A DNA stretch of 64,000 nucleotides from Minisyncoccota bacterium (GCA_041674185.1 JBAYWE010000001.1:893-64892); one strand, 5' to 3'; counted from the first letter of the stretch, positions 46,845 to 55,690 are shown. Made by a program: numbers and translations. The notes: generated by a model not told the origin, from the sequence alone.

Positions 46845-48701
46845 TTAAGGTAAGGTTACACCAGCTCCTGTGGTCTTATACACACTTGAATCAAGTGATG
46901 TAGTGACAGGAGAAGCTAAAGCAGAATCTGTGCTCCAAATGATATTTTTAACAAACATCATGTAAGAACCAGAAGTTACTGTTGAAGGAATTTCTCCCTT
47001 TACAGTAATGCTTGCAGTAGTATCCTTTGAAACTTTGTAAACTCCACCAGTGTACGCATTGTATCCGGTTACAACCAAGCTGTTATTAGCAGTTGATGAA
47101 CCAGTTGCACCTGCGCTGACTGAAGTTGCATAGGTAAGATTCGTTGAGGTTGAATCGCTCAAGTAGATATCTCCACCTGCTGCGGTTACGCTCAATACGA
47201 AGGTTGCCATACCTTTATAGGTAGGAGTTGCATTTGCTCCTGCAGTGTTCTGAGTAGTGATACCAGAAGCTGAGGTCAATGATACAACCAAACCTTTGCT
47301 CAATACAGTCATGGTGTCAGACAAAGCTGAACCACTCAAGTATCCTCCAGTGACTGAATCGCCACGTGAGTTTTCTGCTACGAATCCTGCTGCAGAATCC
47401 AAGCTTGCGGTTGAAGTTGCTGCAGTGGTGGTAGCACCAGTGTAGTCAGCTTTAATCGTAATGGTCTTGGTTGAATCTGCTGGTACATAGAGGGTCATGC
47501 TGGTAAAGGTTGCACGATTGCTTGAAACAGTCGCTGAACCCAACAAGGTTGATCCATCATATGCATATACAGTTGATTCTGAAGCATTTCCTCCCAAGGT
47601 TACTACAAAGTCAGTAACTTTGATTTGATCCTTTTCAGAGCGCAAATCAACAGCCAATAAGGTTGCTTCTTTTACATCTCCGTTAGTATCAGACACAATG
47701 TTTGCTGCCTTTGGTGAATTTCCGTTCTTGGAAACAGTCAAAGTAGCATTGGTAACTTGGCTCTTTTCAGGATTGAATGTGCGGCTGATAGCTGAAGCTG
47801 GGCCGTATTGATCAATTCCCAAACCATCCTTTCCACGTACTCCGTTTGCAGGAACAGTAACGGTGCGATTTGCTGCGTTTGCATCTGCAGTATCAATGGT
47901 GCTGTACAAATCACCAGCTACAGTAAGAACTTTGTATTCACCTGCTTTTACAAGGAATGAAAGTCCACTAACAGTAACATAGTAATTGGTTCCATCTTTA
48001 ACCACAGTGTTTGAATTCAAAGCAGATGATGACAAGACGGTTGAACCATCCATGACATACAAGGTGCTCAAAATTTTGTTGTAAAGCGCAGTTGAGCTAC
48101 CAAGATCAATCTTGACGCGCTCTACGTTTACATCACCATTGGTTGCCTTAAGTTTCAAACCAATTAAGGCAAACTTGGTTGCTCCTTCATAAGCCTTCTG
48201 TCCATCGGCTGGAGTTGGGTTCAACTCAACAGTCAAAGTTCCTTCGGTTTTGGTCATTCCGGTAGGAGTGGTTGGAGTAGTAGGGGTAGTAGGAGTGGTT
48301 GGGGTAGTAGGGGTCGTAACAACACTCATTGAATTGAAGTGTGCGCGAGTTACTGCTCCAAAGTATCCAACAGCAGGAGAGATTCCTACTGATTTTTGAT
48401 AAGCGGCCAACGCAGCTTTAGTCATAGGACCAAAGAATCCGGTTGGTGCTACTGACAAGAATCCTTTTGAATTAAGGAATCCTTGCAAAGCGGTTACTTC
48501 TGCTCCCTTTGAACCAACAGTGAGGTTGCTGGTGTAAGTTGCTGAAGTTGCTGGGGTTGTACCTGCTTGTGCCTGTAATGCTTGAATCTGAGCCAAGAGG
48601 GCTTGGATTTGAGCGTTGATGTCAGTCTGCGCGGACGCTGACGGAGCAACAATTGCTACAGCCAACAAAGCAAATACGAAAATTTTTGAAAATTTATTCA
48701 T
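46845..48701 (-). CDS. Secreted Thr/Ser-rich surface (S-layer-like) protein with PG_binding_1 domain and (TTP)n linker
   Basis: Signal peptide. Coiled AQIQALLAQIQALQAQ. Peptidoglycan-binding motif GSKGAEVTALQGFLNSKGF...FGPMTKAALAAYQKSVGI. (TTP)x5 linker. ~450 aa beta-rich, T/S/G/A-dominated domain. Confidence 0.6.
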   Translation of the reverse strand: MNKFSKIFVFALLAVAIVAPSASAQTDINAQIQALLAQIQALQAQAGTTPATSATYTSNLTVGSKGAEVTALQGFLNSKGFLSVAPTGFFGPMTKAALAAYQKSVGISPAVGYFGAVTRAHFNSMSVVTTPTTPTTPTTPTTPTTPTGMTKTEGTLTVELNPTPADGQKAYEGATKFALIGLKLKATNGDVNVERVKIDLGSSTALYNKILSTLYVMDGSTVLSSSALNSNTVVKDGTNYYVTVSGLSFLVKAGEYKVLTVAGDLYSTIDTADANAANRTVTVPANGVRGKDGLGIDQYGPASAISRTFNPEKSQVTNATLTVSKNGNSPKAANIVSDTNGDVKEATLLAVDLRSEKDQIKVTDFVVTLGGNASESTVYAYDGSTLLGSATVSSNRATFTSMTLYVPADSTKTITIKADYTGATTTAATSTASLDSAAGFVAENSRGDSVTGGYLSGSALSDTMTVLSKGLVVSLTSASGITTQNTAGANATPTYKGMATFVLSVTAAGGDIYLSDSTSTNLTYATSVSAGATGSSTANNSLVVTGYNAYTGGVYKVSKDTTASITVKGEIPSTVTSGSYMMFVKNIIWSTDSALASPVTTSLDSSVYKTTGAGVTLP

Positions 48702-49381
48702 ATCGAATTTTTGTTTGTTCTGAATTAAGTGATTTTTGTAATTGTTAGAAAATTCTTGCAGCGGTGACTACCCTTATTACCGACCCACTACTCCATCGGT
48801 GAGGACGAATAAGTAAGTTAATAATAGTGATCACGCTTGTGTGCGAGAATCTTGACTTCCCATAAGGAAGCCACGCGCTTGTATAATAGACAAGTATTAT
48901 ACCAGCGCGCGAATCCCCTATTTAGTTTTAGTCCGGATGAGATAAAGAAAAACCTCATAGAGATGAGGCGTTAAAAACAACAGTATACAATACTGAATCA
49001 TACAATATATATACAGAGCTCGTATTCCGCCTCACACGGAAAAACTTTTATTGATTTATATAGTACAAAGATAGTATAGCAAGTATTGGCATAAATGTCC
49101 AATAAACCTTTTATACTTATCTCTACCCCGTCACATATCTGTCTTCGTCAGGGCTTATTATAAGAAACGAGCAACCCTCCAAAACGTTACAAGAATACAT
49201 CTCAAGGGAGTTCTGGGGGATATTATTCTGCTTATACATACCCACATATACCCTCATTTTACACTTTCACGCACACAATGAAGCGCACCATACACACATA
49301 AAATATACACATAATATCTATATCCGCACACATCCATATATATATAACAGATACCCCTCGCACACACACCCTGTACACAAC

Positions 49382-49417
49382 TTTCCATATTTTTTCGCGA
49401 TCGCGAAAAAATATGGA
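49382..49417. repeat. Perfect palindrome copy 2: TTCCATATTTTTTCGCGATCGCGAAAAAATATGGAA
   Basis: 36-bp perfect inverted repeat, ~90 nt downstream of the stop of the HTH gene. Confidence 0.8.
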
Positions 49418-49508
49418 AGTCTTACCCAAAGAGGAAAAACCAACCAAAAACGCCCCTATAATGGCGTTTTATCTATATATTCTATATATAATCGTATATA
49501 AAAGCTTA

Positions 49509-50384
49509 TTATTGCTCTTTTTTTCGTAGTCTTAAAAACGAATTCGGCCCCCCATTCCCCACACGCTCAACAATCTTACTATCCACCAAGGTTTTAATAT
49601 CATATCGCACCGTGCGATCACTCACCTTCGGAAGACGTTCTAAAATGTCATTAATATTACAAAAATTCTTACTCTTCAATATAGAAACGATCCGCTCCTT
49701 ACGCTCTGCAGAAGAAAGGACAACGCGATCATTTTGAGCTGTTTCTCTCGATATTTCATTGCCAGTATTTCCGGAAATAGAACCCCTATTTTTTTCCGAC
49801 TTATTTCCGGAAAACACATTGCCAGACTCAGTAATATCGTTTGCCGGACTTTTTCCGGAAAATGATAGGGCATTGTAAGAATCAGTAAAAGAGCCATTTT
49901 GGGTGGCTTTTCCGGAAAGGACTTTGCCAGACTCGGAAATATCGTTTGCCGGATTAACGTCTATATGAGAACTCTCACCATGGGGATATATCTCGCTTGT
50001 GTTGGCATCAGAATGTATCATCTGGGCGAAGTCGGAAAAAAGCACAGGGGGTTCGGAAAACATATGTTCTATTGATTCCTGTTCAAGGATTCCAGAGTTT
50101 TCTTCAAGAGTTTGTTTGGCTTCTATAAGAAGTACCTGTAAGGCACCTATTTCTCTCAAGAGCACCGCAGAATTTATTGCGGTAATATCTCCCAATTTTG
50201 AACCAAGCTGAACTACCTCCTCAAGAGCATCTAACGTCTCACTATTTTTGTGAGAAAAATACTGTAAAGCACGGTCTTCGAGAAGTTGTTTGAGACCTAC
50301 ATGCGGAACAACCTGAGCCACACGAAACACAGCCCATACCACCTCAAAAGAACGCTTTTTTATAAATTCACTTGGGTAGTTCAT
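49509..50384 (-). CDS. Winged-helix (DeoR/HTH_11-like) DNA-binding protein with internally repeated low-complexity middle region
   Basis: C-terminal ERKERIVSILKSKNFCNINDILERLPKVSDRTVRYDIKTLVDSKIVERVGNGG is an HTH_11/DeoR-type wHTH. The middle has two ~35-aa repeats (ANDISESGKVLSGK / ANDITESGNVFSGNK) encoded by a ~105-bp imperfect tandem DNA duplication carrying 4 TTCCGGAA palindromes. Confidence 0.55.
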   Translation of the reverse strand: MNYPSEFIKKRSFEVVWAVFRVAQVVPHVGLKQLLEDRALQYFSHKNSETLDALEEVVQLGSKLGDITAINSAVLLREIGALQVLLIEAKQTLEENSGILEQESIEHMFSEPPVLFSDFAQMIHSDANTSEIYPHGESSHIDVNPANDISESGKVLSGKATQNGSFTDSYNALSFSGKSPANDITESGNVFSGNKSEKNRGSISGNTGNEISRETAQNDRVVLSSAERKERIVSILKSKNFCNINDILERLPKVSDRTVRYDIKTLVDSKIVERVGNGGPNSFLRLRKKEQ

Positions 50385-50400
50385 AACGTGTAATTGACTT

Positions 50401-50430
50401 AAAAATATACCACCCCACCCAAGGAGTCAA
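50401..50430 (-). promoter_or_regulatory. Candidate sigma-70 promoter for the HTH gene (TTGACT-N17-TATTTT)
   Basis: Minus strand TTGACTccttgggtggggtggtaTATTTT, ~20 nt upstream of ATG 50384. Confidence 0.25.
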
Positions 50431-50507
50431 GTGAAGATATCATTCCTACTGTTTTCGTGTTTTTATCATTTTTACTAAAATCACTGTTATAAAAAACCTC
50501 CCAACCT

Positions 50508-50545
50508 TTTCCATATTTTTTCGCGATCGCGAAAAAATATGGAAA
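50508..50545. repeat. Perfect palindrome copy 3: TTTCCATATTTTTTCGCGATCGCGAAAAAATATGGAAA (38 bp)
   Basis: Same core as copies 1 and 2, ~125 nt upstream of the HTH gene start. The flank GGAAAGTTAT[C/A][T/C]ACAGA is shared with copy 1. Confidence 0.8.
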
Positions 50546-50903
50546 GTTATACACAGATAAAAAAATATCAAAAAATAAGAATGATATAATAAAAACCATA
50601 CGAGAGAGATACTATAAAAAAACAAAAGAATAAGAAAAATAAAAAAATCTATTTCTCTCAAATCATACAATTTATTTTCTCTCCTCTGCGTCACAGCCCT
50701 CTCTCTCAGTCCTCATCTACACCTCTCGTGAGGATAACCGGAAGAATCTTCCCTCATCATACACGCCGACCTATTGCTACGACTTTTATAGCACCATACT
50801 TACACTGCATAAGTGAGTGGTTCTTTTTTATAATATACCCGGTACCCCACCCAAAAACAAAACTATTTTAAAAAATAAATATAATTTAATTAAAACATAA
50901 CAC

Positions 50904-51149
50904 ATGGACGAACCTATTATACAAACAATCCCCCAAGACCCCACACCCACTCGTCATCAAACACCGTGGTGGAAATTTGCGATTGGATTTTTAGTTATTA
51001 TCGCACTCGGCATTATTGTAGATGCTATTTGGGTACAGTACTTTAGCCCCGCCGCCCAAGACACAAAACAAATGGAGGAACAATACGCGGCGTACGAACA
51101 ACAACAAAAAGAATATGAAGAGGCAATGCAACAAGACACTCCACAATAA
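50904..51149 (+). CDS. Hypothetical small membrane protein
   Basis: 81 aa, one TM (WWKFAIGFLVIIALGIIV), Gln/Glu-rich tail. Followed by a terminator. Confidence 0.3.
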   Translation: MDEPIIQTIPQDPTPTRHQTPWWKFAIGFLVIIALGIIVDAIWVQYFSPAAQDTKQMEEQYAAYEQQQKEYEEAMQQDTPQ

Positions 51150-51221
51150 ATAAATTCTCTCGCACAAATAACACAAAACATCTATTACGAAAAATTTACT
51201 TATTATATACACCTTCTTCCT

Positions 51222-51246
51222 AAAACCCCGCATCCGCGGGGTTTTA
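51222..51246. terminator. Bidirectional rho-independent terminator
   Basis: aaaaccccgc-atcc-gcggggtttt, between the small + ORF and the convergent clpP. Confidence 0.65.
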
Positions 51247-51280
51247 GAAAACTTTATTCAAAGAATACTACATTAAAAAC

Positions 51281-51868
51281 TTATTTTGCTTTCGTTTTGA
51301 TGATATTATCAATAACTCCATACGCTTTTGCATCTTCAGCAGAAAGGAAAAAATCTCTATCTGTATCTTTCTCGATACGAGATACTGGTTGACCTGTATG
51401 CTTTACTAAAATTTGATTTAAACGATCTTTTAATTTCAATAAATGTTTGGTCGCAATTTCAATGTCGGTTGCTTGTCCTTCAGTACCTCCCATAATCTGG
51501 TGAAGCATCACCTCAGCGTTGGGAAGCGCAAACCGCTTTCCTTTTGCCCCTGAGGCCAAGAGAACCGCCCCCATAGAAGCCGCCATACCCACACAGATTG
51601 TAGAAACATCTGGTTTAATGTGTTGCATGGTATCATAAATAGCTAATCCTGCCGTCACCGATCCTCCGGGACTATTAATATAGAGTTGAATATCTTTTTT
51701 GGGGTCTTCATGATCTAAAAAGAGCAATTGGGCCACGATGGAATTTGCTTCTTCATCAGTAATCACTCCGCCTAAAAAGACAATACGTTCTTTCAATAAT
51801 CGCGAATAAATATCGTAGGCACGTTCACCATATTGTGAACGATCTATAACCATAGGTACTAAATTCAT
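51281..51868 (-). CDS. clpP: ATP-dependent Clp protease proteolytic subunit
   Basis: 195 aa, [25 protein letters not shown]...[19 protein letters not shown]...[11 protein letters not shown]. The Ser-His-Asp triad context is present. Confidence 0.9.
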   Translation of the reverse strand: MNLVPMVIDRSQYGERAYDIYSRLLKERIVFLGGVITDEEANSIVAQLLFLDHEDPKKDIQLYINSPGGSVTAGLAIYDTMQHIKPDVSTICVGMAASMGAVLLASGAKGKRFALPNAEVMLHQIMGGTEGQATDIEIATKHLLKLKDRLNQILVKHTGQPVSRIEKDTDRDFFLSAEDAKAYGVIDNIIKTKAK

Positions 51869-51928
51869 ACAAGTATATATATTAAAAATAATACTAATTG
51901 TATATATTCGATAGTATACACATCTATT

Positions 51929-53155
51929 TTATTCTTCCTCTGTTTCATCAGAAATAGGAGTAACCTCTTCAGCATCAACAACCCCCCCTTCCTGTGCTTG
52001 ATCAGGATTAGATTGTGAACGAACATCTATACGAAAATGAGTCAATAAAGCAGCTAAACGCACATTCTGACCCCCTTTTCCAATCGCCAAACTAATTTGA
52101 TCTTCAGGAACTAATACCCGAGCTTCACGCTGACCCGTTAATTCTACACTCGTTACCGTCGCGGGAGAAAGAGACGCTCCTACAAATTTTTCCATATCCT
52201 CTGACCACTCAATAATATCTATTTTTTCATTTCCCAATTCACTATTCACCGCAAGTACACGCGCACCTCGCTGTCCGACACAAGATCCCACGGGATCAAC
52301 TCCATCTGCAGTTGAAGCAACTGCAATCTTCGTGCGACTTCCTGCTTCTCGCACAATTCCTTTTATTTGCACGGTTCCATCTCCCACCTCTGGAACTTCT
52401 AATTCAAATAATTTCGCAACAAAACGAGGGTGTGAGCGTGAAAGCACTAAATTAGGACCACGCATATTATCCTGTACGGATAGCAAAAAGAATTTTAAGC
52501 GCTCACCAATACGATAATGTTCTCCCGGAATAGATTCGGTGCGGAACATAATACCCGACGCCTTACCCATGTCCACAAATATATTTCCTCGTTCAATGCG
52601 TTGAACAATACCAAACACAAGACCGCCTATTTTACTCTCATACTCTTTACGCATAGAATCTTTCTCAATTTCACGTAATTTTTGCAAGATAACTTGTTTT
52701 GCAGTTTGTGCCGCAATACGTCCAAACTCTGACGAGGGAGATTCTAAATCAAATTCAATTTCATCTCCCACCTTCGCATCAGATTTTATAAGCTGTGCTT
52801 CAGCTAATAATAAATGACGTTCGGGACTATACAAAGGCAATAAAGGCTCTCCCTCTTCTTCTGTGTGCGTTATACGATCAGAAGAACGCCGATCGGAATA
52901 TTCAGGATTTTCTTCTTCTCCCTCTTGTTTAAAACGCACCGTCGTTTCATCTACTACTGTTTTTATTTGCACAAATTGAGTTGAACCATCTTTCATATTC
53001 AACGCACAACGCACCACTTCACCACGTTTGTTGTATTCTTTTTTATATGCCGAAGCAAGTGCAGCTTCTATTGCTTCAATAATTTGTGCTGCATCGAGTT
53101 CTTTTTCTGAGGCTAATTGTTCAATTGCCTTTTGTAATACTTTTATATCAAACAT
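51929..53155 (-). CDS. nusA: Transcription termination/antitermination factor NusA
   Basis: N-terminal domain MFDIKVLQKAIEQLASEKELDAAQIIEAIEAALASAYKK, an S1 domain, and two KH domains (VGSCVGQRGARV; IGKGGQNVRLAALLT). 408 aa, no AR repeats. Confidence 0.85.
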   Translation of the reverse strand: MFDIKVLQKAIEQLASEKELDAAQIIEAIEAALASAYKKEYNKRGEVVRCALNMKDGSTQFVQIKTVVDETTVRFKQEGEEENPEYSDRRSSDRITHTEEEGEPLLPLYSPERHLLLAEAQLIKSDAKVGDEIEFDLESPSSEFGRIAAQTAKQVILQKLREIEKDSMRKEYESKIGGLVFGIVQRIERGNIFVDMGKASGIMFRTESIPGEHYRIGERLKFFLLSVQDNMRGPNLVLSRSHPRFVAKLFELEVPEVGDGTVQIKGIVREAGSRTKIAVASTADGVDPVGSCVGQRGARVLAVNSELGNEKIDIIEWSEDMEKFVGASLSPATVTSVELTGQREARVLVPEDQISLAIGKGGQNVRLAALLTHFRIDVRSQSNPDQAQEGGVVDAEEVTPISDETEEE

Positions 53156-53351
53156 ATTTTTTGATCTTGAACACGGTACTAAATTTATACCCCATTCATA
53201 TTTTTCTCTATTTAGTTTTATAATAAAATCCGCTCAAGGCGGATATAACAGATGCTTATAGTATACTCTCGGGAGCATATTTGTCAAACGACGTACTTTA
53301 TGGAAGGATTTAACTAGAACCCACCACAAAAACTATGAAGGAGATACTATA

Positions 53352-53558
53352 ATGACAATACCCGTTTTAGAAAAAGACGACCATTTGCTTAATTTTAAGC
53401 TCGCCATGAAAGATCTCGTTAACATAAGCGAGACAGACGCAGAACAAGTTTTTCTAAAAACAGAGATAACATCACAAGAAGATATTGCAACCGTAGTAGA
53501 TTATCTAAAACAATATCGCCCCAATCTGTACAAAAAATATGTGGGTAAGATCCATTAA
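53352..53558 (+). CDS. Hypothetical small protein
   Basis: 68 aa. Strong RBS GAAGGAGAT 8 nt upstream of ATG. Preferred over the overlapping minus ORF 53419..53712. Confidence 0.4.
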   Translation: MTIPVLEKDDHLLNFKLAMKDLVNISETDAEQVFLKTEITSQEDIATVVDYLKQYRPNLYKKYVGKIH

Positions 53559-53629
53559 CCCCTACAAGATATAAAAAGAGCGGATTTCTCCGCTCTTTCA
53601 TATTCATATTATATTGAAGAGAATTATCG

Positions 53630-54310
53630 TTATTCAACTCTCTCTCGTAATTTTTTAAGCAAATCCGCCGCATAATCTTTTCCCCCCAATCCAAAAGCAA
53701 TACCACCCGCAAGGGAAATCATGGCTATAGCACCCATAATAATAGATTCAACAATTTGCGTTGCGACTCCCAATTGGAGAAGAGACGCAAGAATACCAAA
53801 GATAACAGTCACCCACCACACAAGAGTTCCTAAGAAATGGGCCGCGTGTAACTTTGCGCCCTTAACTGAACCGCGCACCAATGAACGTAAGAAATTTCCT
53901 GCGATCACCGCAATCAACACAATAAATGCAGCTACAATGATATTAGGAAGGAACAAGAGAACCTGACTCAAAAATGAAGAAAGTCCCCATAAACCAAGAA
54001 TGTCTGACGCCGCAAGTACCAAAACGATAACAAAAAACCAATATACGATACCCCCAATAAACACGCCACTATTCAAAGAAAACCCTCCTCGCTGTGCAAA
54101 TTCGGCAATACCCATTCTTTTGAGCGCCGCATCAAGCTTGATCGCTGAAATAAATCGCTCAACAACCAAACGAAAGAGCGAAGCAATAAATAATCCGACC
54201 AACAACACAATAATCGCCGCAATGAGCGACGGAATAAAACTCGCCACAAGCATCCACGCATTACTAAATGCATGTTCAATGCTTTGAGTCCACAATAATG
54301 AATAACTCAT
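53630..54310 (-). CDS. Hypothetical polytopic membrane protein (conserved-TM-helix repeat, MscS-N-terminal-like)
   Basis: 226 aa, ~6 TM helices with repeated A/G/I/L-rich helices. Confidence 0.45.
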   Translation of the reverse strand: MSYSLLWTQSIEHAFSNAWMLVASFIPSLIAAIIVLLVGLFIASLFRLVVERFISAIKLDAALKRMGIAEFAQRGGFSLNSGVFIGGIVYWFFVIVLVLAASDILGLWGLSSFLSQVLLFLPNIIVAAFIVLIAVIAGNFLRSLVRGSVKGAKLHAAHFLGTLVWWVTVIFGILASLLQLGVATQIVESIIMGAIAMISLAGGIAFGLGGKDYAADLLKKLRERVE

Positions 54311-54512
54311 ATACTATGATGTTAAATTAATAGTACTCTTAGTATATCGCTAATATCCCTCAAAATCTACTACTATTACATTTGACATATTACATATATA
54401 AGTGTACAATATAAACAGAAACTTAACACCCTTGAATTACTCATATAGATCACCTTTTTGGCTATTTATGTGAGTAATTCAAACTAATCTCAAATTGAAA
54501 GTGGAGTAGAAG

Positions 54513-54926
54513 ATGAAAACTGCATTATTAATATTTTTACTCGTTATTGTTGGACTTTTATTCGTCATATATTTAAGACCGTCCTCAAAAGAACCCGAGG
54601 GAAAGAAGATAGCTCTTATAAATACACCCGACTCATTGGTGATTCTGTACGAAGGAGTTATTGTAAAGTCGGAATCAGAAAATTTTTCTGGATCATCATT
54701 TCTGTCTTGTAGATATAAGATGGAAAACGATCGGATATCGGACATTACTGTTATTACCCCCATGGCAATCGCGATGAACATGCGCATTGGAGATACTATA
54801 TATTTTCAGAGAACAAGTGTATCATCCTTGTCACAACACGGAACACATCACACAACATTTATTGGCGCCTTCTACGACACAGAGAGTTTGAGAGAGCCAA
54901 AGCACATTCAGAGATTTAAAGAGTAG
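54513..54926 (+). CDS. Hypothetical secreted/anchored protein
   Basis: 137 aa. N-terminal signal/TM (MKTALLIFLLVIVGLLFVIYL). RBS GGAG 9 nt upstream. Confidence 0.4.
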   Translation: MKTALLIFLLVIVGLLFVIYLRPSSKEPEGKKIALINTPDSLVILYEGVIVKSESENFSGSSFLSCRYKMENDRISDITVITPMAIAMNMRIGDTIYFQRTSVSSLSQHGTHHTTFIGAFYDTESLREPKHIQRFKE

Positions 54927-55025
54927 ACAAACCGCCGTAGCCCCCCTCAAGGGGGCATTTGCTTTTTATAAACAACTTTACCCACCCCTATTTATGCCGT
55001 ATACTTATATATATCCTCTATATAT

Positions 55026-55400
55026 ATGCATTTCTTAACACGCATCATAATCCTTTTCATATGTAACGCGATCGCACTCTTTGCGGCGGTATACTTTGTA
55101 AATGGGTTCAGTATCGCTCCTGGGTGGGAGTCATATGCAAAAGTCGCTCTTATTTTAACTATAATCAATATATTCATCCGTCCGCTTCTCAAAGCTATCC
55201 TAAGCCCACTCATATTTATTACTCTGGGTATAGGTGTTTTAGTCGTGAATGCAGTCATTTTATATGCCGTTGATTCATTTTCTCCAGAACTCACCGTTGC
55301 TGGACTTTATCCGCTCGTCTATGCTACGTTACTCATTAGTGTTGTGAATGCAATTCTCTCGGTTATCTCAAAAAAGGTCCGTGAAGATGAAAATGCATAA
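55026..55400 (+). CDS. Phage-holin-family / DUF360 small membrane protein
   Basis: MHFLTRIIILFICNAIALFAAVYFV...NIFIRPLLKAILSPLIFITLGIGVLVVNAVILYAV is the PF04020-like pattern. 124 aa, 4 TM. Confidence 0.5.
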   Translation: MHFLTRIIILFICNAIALFAAVYFVNGFSIAPGWESYAKVALILTIINIFIRPLLKAILSPLIFITLGIGVLVVNAVILYAVDSFSPELTVAGLYPLVYATLLISVVNAILSVISKKVREDENA

Positions 55401-55468
55401 ATCACAAAAGAATATATACCATCTAACTAAGAGAAAAATCTCTTAATAAGACATAATTTCTTAATCTT

Positions 55469-55690
55469 ATGAAAAACATTATTTCAATTGCACAAGTAGT
55501 TATTGCCTGTATTATCGTTGTCCTCGTCGTTATACAAGGGAATGGATCGGGTATGGGAGAAGCACTCGGAGGAGACACCTCTGGTTTTAGTCATCAACGT
55601 CGTGGCGTAGAACGAGGAGTTTTTGTTCTCACCTTAGTAGCACTCGCACTCTTCATTGCAACCTCTCTTGCAAATCTATTAGTACGATAA
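55469..55690 (+). CDS. secG: Preprotein translocase subunit SecG-like
   Basis: 73 aa, two TM helices flanking the Gly-rich loop VIQGNGSGMGEALGGDTSGF. Confidence 0.5.
   Translation: MKNIISIAQVVIACIIVVLVVIQGNGSGMGEALGGDTSGFSHQRRGVERGVFVLTLVALALFIATSLANLLVR

Noticed and set aside
49259-49447. 62-aa ORF in the long intergenic region
   Set aside because: It translates the CA/ACACAC simple-repeat tract and palindrome copy 2 (Cys/Val/Ile-rich nonsense). It is not a credible protein.
28483-50545. Interpretation of the 34-38-bp palindromes as insertion-sequence terminal inverted repeats
   Set aside because: No transposase or integrase gene lies between or near any pair. The one bracketed gene encodes an HTH protein without DDE or HUH motifs. 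The copies are palindromic in themselves rather than a left/right TIR pair.
50399-50694. Two small minus-strand ORFs (66 and 82 aa) upstream of the HTH gene
   Set aside because: They run through the predicted promoter, palindrome copy 3 and an A-rich spacer. The translations are poly-Phe/Ile/Lys low complexity.
51281-53155. nusA sitting immediately upstream of clpP instead of in the usual nusA-infB context
   Set aside because: Gene order in reduced genomes is frequently scrambled. There is no sequence evidence for a functional link, so it is not reported as a finding.
53419-53712. 97-aa minus-strand ORF overlapping the 68-aa + ORF and the following membrane-protein gene
   Set aside because: It has no RBS and overlaps a + ORF that has a strong GAAGGAG RBS. 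Its C-terminus overlaps the start of the 53630..54310 membrane protein.
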